Under the pieces are notes generated by a model. That model was given only the letters and a program-made list of their open reading frames with translations. It ran no database searches and was not told the origin of the DNA. From a virus (taxonomy: Duplodnaviria; Caudoviricetes): 44,423 nucleotides of DNA. Position 1 is the stretch's first letter. Each line of letters begins with the position of its first letter. A program made the position numbers and the translations under genes. The stretch spans positions 1 through 44,423 of IMG/VR virus record IMGVR_UViG_3300022666_000034; one strand, written 5' to 3'. Shown here one piece after another: positions 43,669-44,423 of the stretch.

Positions 43669-43850
43669 CAGACATTGACACACTAGCCGATCAACACTAG
43701 CAGTATATCCGGGCATTGCTGATACAGCACGAAGAGGATTTATGCACAGTGGAGAAGATAGGATTCCATTACAAATCCGCCATGAAACACGGGTGGAAAC
43801 ACGCCGTTGAGAGGATGAGCATATTTCGGACGGAGAGGCTACGGATTTGA
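43665..43850 (+). pseudogene. Small hypothetical gene interrupted by an amber codon at 43698
   Basis: GTGA-coupled start with GGAGG RBS; MTDIDTLADQH*QYIRALL...IGFHYKSAMKHGWKHA. Confidence 0.55.
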
Positions 43851-43884
43851 TATCAAAAAAGACTAAATACAAACAGGCGTTTCG

Positions 43885-44060
43885 TTGCATTGCGCTGTGA
43901 AAAGCGTTATTATGTGGGTGTCCAGACAGTATAGAATTGTAATTTGGAGCAAATATGTTATCCTTCAAAAACCCTCTATGTGAATATCCGGTTGATTCAA
44001 CGCTGTCTGGACAACAGCCTTAATCTCCATTCCGGTTTTCATGTAGGGGGTTTTTGTTTT
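43885..44060 (+). promoter_or_regulatory. Promoter plus structured leader/attenuator upstream of the replication initiator
   Basis: TTGCAT-17bp-TATTAT; 19-bp stem 43966-84/44038-56 with U-tract; TGTCCAGACAG (43919) complementary to CTGTCTGGACA (44003). Confidence 0.6.
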
Positions 44061-44071
44061 TGAGAGACAAG

Positions 44072-44423
44072 ATGAAAAAACCCTTTTTTTTCAGAATTGA
44101 AGCAGGTGCATTGCTTGATTTCGCTACCGACCCCGAAGGTGAAGGGATCACTTTGTTGCGATTCGCCAAGGATTTGCAGAAAGGGGAATCGGACATTCCG
44201 TTCATACAGCAGGTGATTGATGAGGCTAGGGGTTTTATCGAAAAAAAAGCTAATGCTGGCAAAAAAGGTATGAAAAACAGGTGGTTGCCAAAAAATGAAG
44301 TCGATAACAGTGTTATAACAGTGTTAAGCAGTGTTATAACAAACGATAACACCGTTATAACAAACGATAACACACCTATAACCAGTAGCAGTAGCAGTAA
44401 CAGTAGCAGTAACATAGAATCTA
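44072..44423 (+). CDS. Phage replication initiator, N-terminal part (continues at 1-480)
   Basis: MKKPFFFRIEAG...KKANAGKKGMKNRW reads in frame into the iteron-coding segment. Confidence 0.8.
   Translation, partial: MKKPFFFRIEAGALLDFATDPEGEGITLLRFAKDLQKGESDIPFIQQVIDEARGFIEKKANAGKKGMKNRWLPKNEVDNSVITVLSSVITNDNTVITNDNTPITSSSSSNSSSNIES
44297..44423. repeat. Terminal direct repeat copy 2 (identical to 1-127)
   Basis: Exact identity. Confidence 0.95.

Larger units (their letters stand above)
1..44423. mobile_element. Complete circular temperate dsDNA tailed phage genome (~44,296 bp unique), podovirus-like gene set
   Basis: Terminase, portal, capsid, tail fibre, endolysin, integrase with attP, cI/cro and a replication module are all present; the ends overlap by 127 bp; no tape-measure or sheath gene recognised. 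Confidence 0.93.

Noticed and set aside
4573-43700. Genome-wide TAG recoding
   Set aside because: Many genes end properly in TAG (e.g. 7856, 8740, 18659, 34089, 34639), long genes are not fragmented, the two ambers appear to replace different residues, and no suppressor tRNA is seen

Overview
Apparently complete, circularly permuted ~44.3 kb temperate tailed phage genome. Bases 1-127 equal 44297-44423 (probably an assembly overlap), and the replication-initiator gene spans that junction. Modules in order: replication (initiator with internal iterons, DUF6475-like partner); an accessory region; a small reverse operon; HNH, terminase, portal, scaffold and capsid; podovirus-like tail and ejection proteins; tail fibre; lysis (M15 endolysin, holin-like genes); attP (3' half of tRNA-Arg(CCG)) with a tyrosine integrase; a cI/cro switch; and recombination and DNA-metabolism genes (PD-(D/E)xK nuclease, ERF, SSB, RuvC-like, HU, SNF2-like helicase, N4/N6 methyltransferase). 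Two systems stand out. (1) Directly after cro, a stand-alone RAMP/Cas7-like gene (34855-35517) and a partner gene are interleaved with non-coding (GGC-NN)n arrays divided into ~54-nt units by a constant 16-nt delimiter. This is a candidate non-CRISPR RNA-guided system in which the NN dinucleotides would carry the specificity. (2) At 1294-5704, nine gene units are separated by ten integron attC-like hairpins that are inverted relative to the genes. The two terminal boxes of each unit are complementary to each other at 9/9 units, yet the genome encodes no integron integrase. All protein assignments come from motif recognition by eye; no database searches were run.
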